Source of the DNA: Bugula neritina
Lineage: Eukaryota; Animalia; Bryozoa
Assembly: GCA_964035545.1 (NCBI GenBank)
Contig: OZ037767.1
Span: 4,914,707-4,978,706, forward strand
Reading direction: 5' to 3'
Length of the DNA: 64,000 nucleotides
In this document: positions 25,931 to 54,311 of the stretch, one piece after another
Layout of the letters: each line of letters opens with the position of its first letter
How positions within the stretch are numbered: the first letter of the stretch is position 1
The notes under the pieces: model-generated
The model's database searches: none
Seen by the model: only the letters and a program-made list of their open reading frames with translations
Told to the model about the DNA's origin: nothing
Made by a program: the position numbers and the translations under genes

Positions 25931-28900
25931 ATGGAGGAAACATACCTCAACACCACAGAGCTTACTCCAACTTCAATAGCTGGCCCTAACCAGACAATAG
26001 ATTGGGAATTCCAACAGCTATTGGCAGAGTTTGAGAAGTACTCAGAGAAGATACAAAACTTGACTCACTATACTGGAATAGCGTTGTTTATTATTAGTCT
26101 CATTGGTATATGCTCTAACACTCTCAACATTGTCATACTCTCCCAAATAGTGAAGAAGAGCAAACTTCCTGTGTACAGATGCTTTCTGGGATTGGCCGTG
26201 GCAGATTTATTGGTGAGTTTGTAACTATTCAACACATGTGTCTTGTAGAAGTGGCAGTTTATTAGAAAGTACTCTATGTTTATATAGTGGGAAGATTGTT
26301 TATATTGCTGGTGCATATCTATACCAAAAACTGTGGGTGGAAACAGTGTGATGCTCTGGTAGTACAAAACTCAAAGGCTATAATGATACCAGTTACTAAA
26401 CACAATTGTTCTCTGCTTTGAATGTTTCTAAAACTTCCTATTTATAGGTAATGATAAATTTTCTATGGTCTAAAAGTTGTAATTTTGTTGATGAACTTTG
26501 GTTTGAGATGTGGGCTGAAATTCTATAAAAACAACTTCTTTAGCTCTACATTTCTCTTCTAGAAAACAGGCATTTTTCTCCTACTTCAAAATCTTGCTGT
26601 TACATTCTTTTGCTGATAGTTTTCACCTATAGCCTTCAAAATAAACTGTAAAGTAGCAGGTATTGCTAATAAGTTGTTATATAATATATACAGTTCATCC
26701 ATCAAAAGAGCTGTGAATCCTGTTACCTATAGAGGGTGCAAGCAGATAAGGAAAAGTAAGCATTGCAATGGGTCATTGAATATCAAATAAACATTAAATG
26801 ACTCATTACTCTAAAGGGGAAGAAACTCTAGTCTAGGATATAAGATCACTCAGTTATGATTACATTTCTACATACCATTCTATAATTATTATTACACTGT
26901 ATAATAACACGTGTTGGTATCATGTAATATATAATGGGTACACAATAGTGTAAGGATATTCATTCAAACTACAGTTAGTATTAGTCTATTGCATGGGTAA
27001 GACAAGCTTAACATAGTAACATCACCTCCACAATTACTATTGACATTTTCTGGAAAAAGCTTACATAATAAACAACTTTATTGCAATTCATAAATCTACA
27101 TTTTGATAAAAGTTAATGAATAACTTTGTACATGTGATAAGCTGCAAGTTCCTACAGTAAAGCAAAAGCAATATTTCCAAGTTAAATGCAGGGTATACTT
27201 CTTCCTGCGTTCATCCTTGAACAACCGTTTCAAAATCTGTCCCTCATCAACATAGAGTACAGCACCACTGGTATAAATTTGTCTTTCAAGTTCAAATATC
27301 TTTTTTAAATTATAAGATTGAGAAAATCACAGGCTGGAATATTTGATTTTAGAAAACTTAGCAAGATATGAAATAATGTACCAAATAATTTTATATCTGT
27401 TCTACAAATTTGTACATTAAGAAAATGTGGGGTATGCAGTGTATACATCAGTTGAATTAGACTTAAGAGTTAGTACAGCGATTACTATGCCTTAGGGAGA
27501 ACTCATATAGTAACTGCATATATAAGAAATATATTATGCTGGGTGTGCAGAATATACAGCCTTCAATAACTCATAAATTACACCATTCTCTGAGTTTTAC
27601 TTTGAAAATAAGTTACCATTATATAAGTATTGGAACATAGTTTACAAAAGTTAAATTGATGTAACTCAGGTGGATTTAAAATCTTATGCTGCCAATTATA
27701 TGGAAAATTCAAAGGGGCCTAATCAATGCCCCCCCCCATTCTTGTAATCTACAGTAAATAGCCTGCTTAACAGAATGTAGGCTAAATGGTTAAAAACCCA
27801 AGGCTATAATCTATCTTTGATCTGGAAGGTATAGATTCACTGCTCTACTATAGCATGTAGCACAGCCTATTAATAGTCATAATAAAGCTCCTAATTATTG
27901 TGTGCATGTGTCTTTAGTTACTGCCCCTGATGTTACATAATATGGAAAAGTCTTATCATTCATCAATCATCTTCAATTATAGACAGATAATAGATATGCC
28001 TGATATCATGGCATAGAAATTAAGAAGGCCTGTGTATACAAACTGTATTATTGATGTTCATTCCATATGAAATTGTGTGTACTTAGAACATGTGCAATAA
28101 AATATGTATTATATACAGTATATATTATATAACATACATTATTTCACATGTGCATGTAATGAAAAATGTTCATCAATAAAAAAACAAACCATGAATATTC
28201 AGATAAAACCCATTTGTTATAAGCATGTGGTTGACTTTATAAATATTTAAATAACCTTTACATGCAATATGGTAAACATATAACAAATTAAGTGCAATAT
28301 AATATAATAGAAAGTTGCATAATGTTGCAAAAAACTGCATGATAAAATTTTAAACTTTTTAATTCTATAATCATAACATCCATTCATGATCCTAAGCTTC
28401 AAAGAATTTGTCTATGAGCAGCACCAAGTTGGGGGTGACTGAGTGCAGTAGTTTGGGATTCTGGAGTTTGGAGTTTAAGTCGGAACTTTGAACCTCAACT
28501 CTAAACTCAATAACTCTAAACTATTGCGCTCATTCACACTCAAATCATAGCTGCTAATAGTGAAATTTGCCTGGAGCAGTCTTTGGCCTGCTCAGAGATG
28601 AGTGCAGGCTAGGGAGAGGAGAGTATTTAGAGGACAAGGGCGGTGATGACCTAGACTAAGATTTAAAACAGTTTTACCAAATTTGTAGGTGATGCTACTG
28701 ATGTCTATAGAAAATGGAGTACAATATTTCCAACTCTCTAATGTGATCACTCACGAGGAGGCCATGAGTGAGAAGTCCAAATCGTCGGCCATATTGAACT
28801 TTGTGTTTGAGCTTCTTCCTCACATACTGAATATAGCGTATGCTGCCTCGAACTGGTGTGTCGTCTCAATGAGTCTACTCAGGTAACACTAAATATACCT

Positions 28901-31900
28901 ATCAGATTTTGTGTATAGAGTTGTAAACTCTACAGGTAAACTCTTATGTATATATAAAATAATATCTTAAACTCTATCGAAAGCCTCAACAAACTGTAGA
29001 GGTGTGTCACTGGTGCATGGAAATTGTAATTAGAAATGTGTTCTAATCATTAATACAGGTTACATCTCATTTAATAGAATTTAAGCAATAATCTTAGCCA
29101 GACTAATATCAATTCATTATAAATTGCGGAGACTACTTCTAAATTATTAGTATGATTTTTGTATGGACATTAAATTGAATGCACCTTTTTCATATAGGTG
29201 ACGCAATGATTCACTTAAATGGATTCTTTTTTTCAAAAGCAATCAACTATTGGCTAACAGCAGTAAAGTGTTATATGATTGAACCATCTCACTTAGTATT
29301 CAGTTTACTTGCTGGCTATAGAAGTTGCTTTCACATATATGACTCAAATATTGTCACTAATTCACTACCAGCAAATGACATGGTGATATATGTATATCCA
29401 AGTGATTAAACACTATTTGTATTACCATCATTATTTCATTCGTTTGACACAATTTTCTAATCTTGCACTTTACATCTGCAGAGATTAAATAAAAACAGGA
29501 ACAATATCAAACAAATAAAATTTTGGAGTTGCCTTCACTTTAGAACTTGAAGCTTAAAGGATTGCTCTATCTTAGTTTATTACAATCACATTATAATTAT
29601 GAACTATAATCTAATGTGTATGCAAACAATTGTGACTTTGCAAAGGGATATGTGCCTAGAAAACAGCTTTTCAAAATTCCAATTTTGAGGGAGGTAAAAT
29701 TTTCAGCCATGAAAAAGAATAGCCTAATACGTGACGTGTGAACACCAGTAACTATGCTGCACGTGCTAACTATAACGCTAGTATTCAAGGTTGCTGAGCA
29801 CAACATCAACCAATAACGCTCAAGCAGTTACAGTGCGCTATATAGGTCAGCTTTGGTGCGCCCGTAATATTGCACAATCTGACCTAGTTTAGATCGATCG
29901 CAGGCATTCATCCTAAAGAATGCATGTTTTTGCAATGCTTTTTTCTAATGTTTACAAGCAAAATATGGCCTAATGTTATCACATACATGTTATTTAACAT
30001 GTCAAAAAACTATAGATTGAGATAATTCACATTTGCACTTCTATAAATATACAAATTACGAGCTGAACGATCACATCTCACAGTCATATTTCTATAGTTA
30101 TTCATTTGTATAGTCACGTGACCAGCAGGAATGCTGGCGCTGTTACGTCACATTTCCCAGCTCATTTCAAAATCGGCGTTTTGGCTGTTACCAATCTACA
30201 CCCTCAACTTCAACTAACTTTTTCTACCTTTGGTCAAATGCTTTTTGTCGATGCATGCTTAGAAAAACACAATATTATGTGTGTTTGACCTAAATGGCCA
30301 TTTATTAGACAAGATAGAGCAATCCTTTAAATGAAGGTTTTTATTCAGATTCAAACATGCTTGAGCCTAGAAAAGGGAAAGCAAACTTGTCAAACATAAC
30401 CGTTGAATAAAGCAATCATTTTATCTGCATGATTAACAAAACCTATCAACTACCAGCCAAGTAAATTCTCTTAGCTTAAATTTCATTCAAATTGAATTGA
30501 GCGAATTATTTATTTAAATTCTGAAACTTTTGGCCTCATCATAACAAATATGCAACTTTTCTCTTATGTCCAACAGAAATAAAGCTCTTCAAATCAAAGA
30601 AAAATGTCAGCAAACTTGACTTGCTCTAGTCATGACAACTGCTTAAATTGTCTGAACTATTTTCCAATGCTTTTAGTTTATATTTATAAAGTTAGTAGAA
30701 ATTGTTCCTTTAAAACAATATTTAGTTTTTTACCCTGCTACAATCTGTGTACTTATTTTATAGCCTATAATGGGGCGATGTAGCAAATAATTTGTGCAAT
30801 ACGTTGTTATTATAGATTTGTGGCTGTGTTTTCACCCTTGCAGTATCAAAGGCACTGCACTACTGCCATTGTCAACACTCTAATATTCCTAGTATATGTG
30901 TTTGCCATCATAATGAATATACCCACATTCCTCACAATTAGGTAAGTTACATTCCCTGTAAGGTAACATACCATTCTGTTTGTGAATCATTGACACTATA
31001 CTTGTATCTTATATAGTTATGTACAAATATTGTATAGATATGATATTGTACGTATAGACATGGTATCATATAGGTGTGACATTGTATAGATATGATATTG
31101 TATAGGTACGCCATTGTATAGATAGGTATTATATAGATACCTACAGTATTGCATAGGTACAATATTGTGTAGGTAAAATATTGTATAGGTACCTACAGTA
31201 TTTTATAGGTGCAATATTGTATGGGTATGATATTGCATAGGTACAGTACTGTATAGATATGATATTGTATAGGTATGGTATTGTGTATAGGTACGATATT
31301 GCATAGGTACAATGTATTGTATAAGTACCTACAGGATTGTATAGTTACGGTATTGTATAGATATGATGTTGTTTAGGTACGACAAAACAAGGAAGTTTAG
31401 AACGTTACAACCTGAAGAAGTTGTCAAGCAGCTGGGATTTAGCACAGGTTCCTTGACGCTGATTGTTCAGGTGGTGGTGCCGATGGTGATAACCAGTGTT
31501 CTGTTAGTTCCGCTGCTCATCAAGTTATGTAGTAGCTCCCCCATCCAGCGGTGAGACCACTTTCTATGTTTTGATACTCTGCTTATATGTTTCTAGTTTC
31601 TGAACGACAATATTATTATTCTTCATATTGATTTTAATATTTTATAGCATACACTAGTTTGTGTATTCTTATTCTGTACATTTTTATTTCCTAAATATTA
31701 CCTACTTTGCACAATATCACATGCGATAGAGTATAAACAGTAAGGCAAACTTCTTAGGAAATTGGTTAAATAGTTGTCTTCTCTTACATAAAAACATGTT
31801 AATATTATAGCAGCTTTGTTCCACTGGCTCTAATCAGGACTATATAATATAGGTGTAATTGAATTTTAATTTAAATTATCTTTCTCCCTTTTCTTATAGC

Positions 31901-34528
31901 TTTTTGAAGGTTAAAAGACCATTTTTAACATTGATTATATACATGTGCATAGAGATGTAGTTGAATGGCGATCATAAAATCAGTTTTGTGTCACATAATT
32001 GTAAGTTTCCCACTTGTCAGCTAACATCCATTCTTCTATAAAAAGAAAATAGGTTTATGTTTGTTTGTTAAAATACTTAGAATAATGTAAACTAAACTAA
32101 TATTTCTAAACTTTTGTAGCTCTTCGTCGAATGCCCAGTATAGAAGGAGAGACAAACTGCAATCTTCTATTACTCTAGTCAGCATATCTGCATTCTTTGT
32201 GATTTGTATGTTACCAGATGTAAGTATATATGTGTGTCGCCAGGTGTAAGTATATATGTATGTTACCAGATGTAAGTATATATGTATGTTACCAGATGTA
32301 AGTATATATGTGTGTATAATACCAGATGTAAGTGTATATGTATATTACTAAATGTAAGTATATATATGTATCTTACAAGATGTAAGCCAAATTGTACATA
32401 TGTATGTGTATTTGTACATATGTATGTATATTTGTGTAGCAGTAGATATACATATACTGGCATGTGTGTTTTCAAATAAGGAAGCTAACAAATCTATATC
32501 CAATACAAAATGTCAATAATCAATATTAGTTAGCAATAAAGAGAAAATACATTGACCTTCCATTATTCTGCACCAATCTTTATTTTATTACCTGAATTGT
32601 ATTAAAGCCATTCTATAATGACATTTAACTTACTCCCATATCGCCTTGTAGATCATATACTATGGACAGGAGCACTTTGGCAACCCGGCACCATTATGGA
32701 AAGACTATAAACAAGCGTATGAAAGAATTAGATTTGAAACGGCTGTACGATTACTGTTAGCTATAAATTATGCAGCCAACTTCTTCTTCTATGTCATGCT
32801 AAATGGTATGTACGTCGTGTGCCAGGTGTGTGTGTGCATGTGTACAGCGTAAGGTGTAGTGTTTTCATGGTAAGATTGGACTATGGAGTTATTCTTTTAA
32901 TGAGGGAGATAACTCCAAAGTCTGAACATACAAATATCGTATGGGACACAGATGAAAATATAACTTCAAAGCAATACATGGTTTTAACCAAACATTTTGT
33001 CAAAGGTTTTCAATAAAAAAATTATAAACTGTCCAAAAATAGTTAACTCGCTCGATATTTATAGATTTTTTTATTATCAATAACTTTAGCTCAAAATTTA
33101 TTTTCCACCTAATCAAATTTACAACAATGATTATATATAAACTTATTAGTGTTTCAAGAACATTTTTAATGTAAGATATCTGTTTATCAATTGCTCTGAT
33201 ATATTATATTATCTAAATGGTGACTTTCTTTACTCGCTAAGTAATGTTTGTAACTCTTTACAGCTCGTCTCAGAAAGAGGCTTCTGCTGCTTCTACAATG
33301 CAAAAGAATCTCAAGAAGAGGCTCTCAACACTATAACACACAGCAGTCTTCTTTCTCAGGTCCTAAGTCTATATACAACAACAACATCATTATCTTTCCT
33401 GCACGTCAGCAGTATAACTTAAAAGTATAACCGATGTGGGTTAGAAAACAAGACTACCTACAATATAGTATATAGTCATGCGCCTTCTAGTATTAACATG
33501 GATTCTCATTTATAACTATGCTGTTATTTAGGAGTCGGACTGACGGAGAGGAATCCTACAAGCATATCTCGAGTTAGGAATGGAAATGGTCCTTATTGCG
33601 GCAAAACCTCACAGGTTAGCTATAGAAATTAAATTAAAAATACTGCTGAATTTTAAAAATGTGAACTTGTTATTAAAACTAATATAAAACTTGTGTAAGT
33701 ATGAGATTAAAATAAGAACTAGACTGGAAATGCATACATCATTTAAGTTTATACTGATGCTCTTTTGCTCTGCTAAATTCTGAAAGAATTAAATCTCTGA
33801 CTGCCGTGACTACATTAGTATTGCCATAATCTATGTTTTGTAGGCTAAGTTAAACAAAAATAAGCCAGTATACTGCAACAATTGTACCGAGTTACATTTC
33901 ATTATATCAATGCAACATGGTATAATTATCTATTTCTGTTCCATTCAAGAAAGTTAAATCACATCAATAAAATATCATATTATATTGTGTGTGTACATGT
34001 GGTTACATTATTATATATAATAATATAACCAAAAGTGTGTTTGCATTTTCCTACTTTTAATGACTAAATATTAAGTAAGTAGTGTTAAATATATGGCAAA
34101 GACTTGACTATAAGAGATAGTCAACATCTTTACAATTTTACAACTAGTATTATTATTCTCTCATAACTTTCTGTTAGGAGATGAGAAGCAGATTATCAAG
34201 GCAGAGATTGTCATCCTCCACAGTGAACAGACAATTCTCAGCCGATGTGACTGACGGGAATACCAACGGAAATCTCCTTGACTCTGAGGAAACGAAACCT
34301 GATGAAATCAGCAACTCGAAGCACTTATTAGAAGGCAGTTCACAAAACTCAGCAGAATGTCTACAACTTATAAACAAAGAGGAGAACAATAACCTCATAT
34401 GTCAGAATAAATCTTCATCCTGGCAGCAGATTGCTGACTCTGATAGTGACATAGAAATCAACGCAACAACCCACACTATGAATGACTTGAACCAAGATGA
34501 CAGGAGCTCTCTTGATTCCATCAATTAA
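25931..34528 (+). CDS. Rhodopsin-class (class A) orphan GPCR, FMRFamide/sex-peptide-receptor-like group
   Basis: Nine in-phase exons: 25931-26212, 28689-28882, 30816-30941, 31377-31550, 32120-32219, 32652-32805, 33264-33359, 33532-33613, 34178-34528. Motifs: TM1 IGICSNTLNIVIL, TM2 LAVADL, TM3 SNWCVVSMSLLRFVAVFSPL, TM4 MNIP, TM5 VVP, TM6 FVICMLP, TM7 INYAANFFFY. Confidence 0.9.
28417..28560. mobile_element. Foldback MITE-like element related to 4238-4366
   Basis: Starts agcagcaccaagttgg; the internal arms tgagtgcagtagttt / aaactattgcgctca and gagtttggagtt / aactctaaactc are imperfectly complementary. Confidence 0.55.
29558..30326. mobile_element. Non-autonomous TTAA-targeting DNA transposon (Kolobok-like termini)
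   Basis: TTAA on both sides (29554-29557, 30327-30330) and 16-bp perfect TIRs aggattgctctatctt / aagatagagcaatcct; lies in GPCR intron 2. Confidence 0.8.
30995..31380. repeat. Degenerate ~16-bp tandem repeat (atattgtataggtac)
   Basis: Fills most of GPCR intron 3 up to the acceptor. Confidence 0.8.
32205..32388. repeat. 26-bp tandem repeat (tgtatgttaccagatgtaagtatata) x~7
   Basis: The first unit straddles the GPCR exon 5 donor. Confidence 0.85.
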
Positions 34529-37092
34529 TGTACATGAATTCACACAATGTGTGCATAGTTTTATAAATACCTGGTGAATGAATATACAGGTATTGGCTTT
34601 AAGCTAATAGTCAGTAGCGGCTTGATAGTGTATAAATGTTTACATTGTTGGGCATTAAAATAAGTTAGTAAACTTTTTGACAGTTTTATAAATGCAGTGT
34701 ATATTTATAGTCCTAAATTTTTATTTTTATATTATGATATTTTCAAACATCAGATAGCATAATCAATTTGAAACCCAGTCCAAAAATTTGAGCTGTCATG
34801 TAATGTAATGTAATTAGTTTATATAACCATTGTATATATTATGATTTAGATGCAGTATTAGTAGACCTACTGTGTTTAAGTGATTTATTTGTTTTTAATC
34901 AAAATATTAAATCTTTTTTATCATGACAATCTAAAAGTTGTACATTTGTTGTACCTATGTAGTGTGTGAACATTTTTGATTAAAATAATACAAAAAACTT
35001 TGTCAAAATTACCTAGATTCTATTTTTAAGTCTAAAATCTGTTCACATTAGCAGTTGTTTGTGAAAACAAGCTATATAGCTAAAATTGAATCACAGCAAC
35101 CACACATTAGTCAAACTCATCATCTCTTTTCATTTGAGTTGATTTTTACCTTAATAATCTGTCCTGACTTTAGCTAGATTGAAATCAAATTTCTCACAAG
35201 CCAATACAAAGCTTCTATAAACAGTTGAATAGCAATTTTTGAATGCTAGATTTTAAAAAAATGTGCAGCACAATCTGGAATGAATACACTCTATTTCACA
35301 ACCAACAACCATTTTGCCGATGAACAGGCATATGATTCTTATATCAATACTGAAACAGGAGTAAAATGGCTTCTCTTCTTTGAATCAGAGTGCTTCCTAA
35401 GTTGTTCCAAGTTCTTTGGTACTGGAGACAAACTAAAAGGAGTCCAGAGACGTTATCTGTGAAAGTATACTGTTAGAGATAAAAAAGCATTTCTACAGCT
35501 TTTCTCACCAAAGATGAGTATAAATTATAAAATATTTTAGGAAAACTTGTATAACCTAAATTATCAAATCTATATATTTGTAATGGAATCACACAGAAAA
35601 TACATTTTGCTGCTTAAGTTTGTTTAAAGGTAAAAAGCAGCTGCTGTTTGTGGGTTAGGTTACTAAAATGCAAGAAGTTTTGCCATAAATGCTTATTCTG
35701 AATTTTCACATTTTATGCCAAATTTCAGTAAGCATAGTCAGGAATGCATTCAACTATTAAAACAGCTGTTTTATCATTTATATAAACATATGACCATATT
35801 ATACCGTCAGTTATACCAAACTTCTAAGTGTTTATACTCTATTAGTAATAATATTAGTATGAAAACCTCGCAGTTAAAATCCACTGTTCATTTGCTCTAT
35901 GGGTCTATCATTATTAGTCATTATCATTTTATATATCAGTCTGTATTAATATTGATCTCTATCACTGAGATGGTAACTGTAATATTTATGGTATTGTATT
36001 ACCATTTTAGCATTATGCCTATTGTGCTTACTGTAGAGTAGATTGTCTCTATCTCATGCAGATAATCTACAATCAGGATTTGTCTCCCTTTGTTACTAAT
36101 CTAATAATCTTGAGTGTAATCTGTCAGCCATTATTAGCATTATCTGGGAGAGAATATCTCAACAACAATGAATAGATAATTCATTTAAAATAACAATGAT
36201 AAGTGGTATAAAAACACCGCAAAATAAATAGCACAAATTGTCACAAATAACAATTAACAAATCCAATAATAGTTGGTGTAAAAACATCAGATAAAAACAC
36301 AAACTAACATGAGCCCTGCTTTGTTATAAAATTTGCTTTTCTCCTGTTGTGTGAATTATTTCTGCCACTACAGTGATCAAGTACCGTGTAGTAATGTTGT
36401 TACGTGTGTTTGCTGTATATATAAACTATAGCTGCTCCCATACTGTTCTCTACTTCTTAATTTAGTTCAAAGACCCTAGCTGATATCCTGCAGCGGCATT
36501 TTCTCCACTTCATTAAACTTGAAGAATGCTGCAATTTGGTAGTTTATCTGGCAGTCTTGTGCTAATAGTTTTGATTGAGATTTCACATGAAAGAAGCCCA
36601 TTACTGTTAGGAGTTACCCACCCTTAAGACAGTAATCGCACTTGCAAAGTTTTTGCCTCTCACACTATATTTGATCTTTCATTTTGATCTTTAGGAATAT
36701 TTTCAAGGTCATTAGCTAATAAATTTTACGAAGTAATTTCTAACTTTGAATCTAAAATTACACTAAAATTAAAACGATTTTTTATTAACCATATAAAAAA
36801 CACAAACTTTTTTATTTCACATTCTGTTGCATTTTATGAATTAATGGCTGATATTGAAAACTTTAAATTTTGAGATTTGACATGAGCTGCAGCACTGAAT
36901 ATTTATGCAAGTAGTTTATTATTTCTCAATTCTAATACTTCACCAGGAATTGTATTTTATTCAGTCTATACACGACAAATAGTTGGCACAGATGCCCTAG
37001 CTCTCGTATGCGATGAGCCGTGTCAAGGTTATATTTAAGTATTTGGTTGACTGAACAATCTTTAGTATGCAAAATACTTGACGGCCAAAGAG

Positions 37093-51854
<14,762 letters not shown>

Positions 51855-53342
51855 TTTATATCCTGTCTTCTGTAAGCAGGTGCTTGTCACCTTCTCATCA
51901 GAGTCTGTCGGTCTGGAAGAAGAGATTTATCCGCAGGTTCTTGCTCCCAAGGATCACCCATCTAATGTACAATTGTCTAGGCAATATTATCTTTACTTAT
52001 TGTGAGTTCTGTAGTATAATGGGTAATGATCATGTTCTACAATGAATAACTTTATTATTTAGTAAGAAAGTTTGATTATTTTTTATTTCTTTGACTTCTG
52101 CTCACCTAAATATTATTTTTACTTTTAATATTTTTGTGACTACTGGCCAAAAACCATCAGCATAGATATTGCTTTCAGTACGCTATTTTTCTGTAACACC
52201 TATTCTCCGTAAGACCATCTCAAGTTACCAGGAATGTGAAGTCTTTGGCTGTTCACATGTGGATTTAGTTCTAAGCAATGACATTAATTTTCTCTAGTAC
52301 TAAAAGACAATAACTGCATACTATTTAATCACAGCTAGTCCAATAATCCTACATTTTTTAAGCAGATGTTTAAAATGCAGTTGCAAGACTGTTAAAATGA
52401 AAGATAAATTAAAATGACTTGGGGAAAGGAATTCAGTTTGTGGAATTATATGCTTCTAAATTTTGTCTGCCACGCAGTATATCTTGAGAGAATATAATTT
52501 GTATTACAGTATTAACACGTATTTGCACTGAAATATACTGCATACAACATTGTTTGTATTGCGGCGTTGCAGTGTTTCCTGGTTGCAAGAGAAATAATTC
52601 ATAGTATGCTGGTTTTGCTAATTATTTCAATTTTATTGCTGCAAATTAATTTTGTTCTCCAGTGGAGTTTTTGCTTAATGTTACAGCAACTCATAGCTGG
52701 TAGCCTTCTACTTGGAGTTATCTCACTCAGTTTGTTGCCTCTTTAATCAAATAGCAGAAATTGTTGAAAAGCAAACCTGAGTAAAAGTTGGAAGTGTAAA
52801 TTCAGTTTTAGCTTTTTAGATGAAGTATGTTTTCAACTAAAAATATACAATAAAATGCTTTAAATTTACACTTGTATGTTTATAGAGATTCAATAATAAA
52901 ATAGAATAGTCCTAATTTATACTTTGTGGATAATGGTCAAAGTGTTTCTAAATACATTGAAGGGCATACTTTTATTTGAATAAATGTAGAGTTGTCTTCT
53001 TTTAGTTTATGAATATACAAATTAGTAAACATGACCTTAGCACTCAACTTCTTGAGTTATGTAACAAAATTTGGCGATGTCCTTATTGGGCTGCAAAACT
53101 CTTTAAACTTTCAGGCTACATCATGTAACCCGGCGTGACACTGTTGGAGGCTGCTGTTCACCTTTATTTTACTTCAATTTTAATTTTAATTTCAAAAGTT
53201 CAGATTATTGCTATCTTTATGAACATGTTTATGTGTTAGGTTAGTTATAAGGATACATTCTGTTCAACCAAGAAAATCTTGGGTGTTACACAATTCCACT
53301 GAATTAAGTGCTAAAGATAATAGCTGCAACATTTTTTATCAC

Positions 53343-53420
53343 ACTCATAGTCATACGCATAGTCATAGTCATACTCATACTCATAGTCATACTCATACTC
53401 ATAATCATAGAGTATCATAG
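53343..53420. repeat. Hexanucleotide repeat (catact/catagt)n
   Basis: Seen directly. Confidence 0.8.
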
Positions 53421-54311
53421 CGTTACACTTACTGTTAATGTTAGGCAAAATGAAAATGATTATGGAAGTAAGATATTGACAATCACAATCAGTATCACAA
53501 TGAATATGACATTAGAATTAAATATTAATAACTATAACATTAACTATAACTATAAGTAAATATTAAATTTAATAACTAACTAAAAATTATCCACTTGAGC
53601 TAATATTTTCTGTTTTCATATTTAGACATACATTTACAATTTCAATTACGTGATAGTCATAGTTGATACTCATACTGCCTACTGGTCTTAATTTTCAATT
53701 TTTTAGCTATTGCTTTGAGATAATATTAATTATAATAATAATTTTAATTATATTATTGAAAATTAATAAATTAAGCCATACTTCTCAAGCGCTTTATTTT
53801 TTTATTGGGCAACTTTCGAGTATTAATATCCCGGGATTATCATTAAAAAAGCTTAATAATAATTAGTAATGTTGACGCATCTTTAATTTCTTTTAATTTT
53901 TTTTATTCAGAGCTGAAAGCCAACATAAATGAGTAAATTACTTATATTCTAAAGCTACTCTTATTCCTAATTTTGCCTGTAAAAATGTATCACTATTAGT
54001 ATTAGACTAAGACTTGCTACTCAGTGTAACAATGTTCCTTATCGATAATAGTCTTTTCAAAGTACACAGAGGTGAATTGAAAAAGTTTTAAATTGAATGA
54101 AATATGCCAATATTTACTTAAACTAAACTCCTTGACCTCCTAATAAATTTGTAAATTTGAAATTAAATTTGTAGACTTTGAGCTTTCAGCACAATTTGAG
54201 ATTTCAGGTCTATTTTAACTGATTGACTAGAACTTTAAATTGAGATAACATGTTTTCATTTACTATGTATAGTCAACAGTTTCATTATTATAGGAAAATG
54301 CTAGCTATATA

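Noticed and set aside
51855-53170. Possible antisense spliced transcript between ABCC and ADCK1 (GC-richer patches at ~51860-51960, 52140-52270, 52540-52780, 53035-53162)
   Set aside because: Splice-like signals exist, but no consistent reading frame could be assembled. It could be ABCC 3'UTR or a lncRNA and cannot be supported without RNA data.
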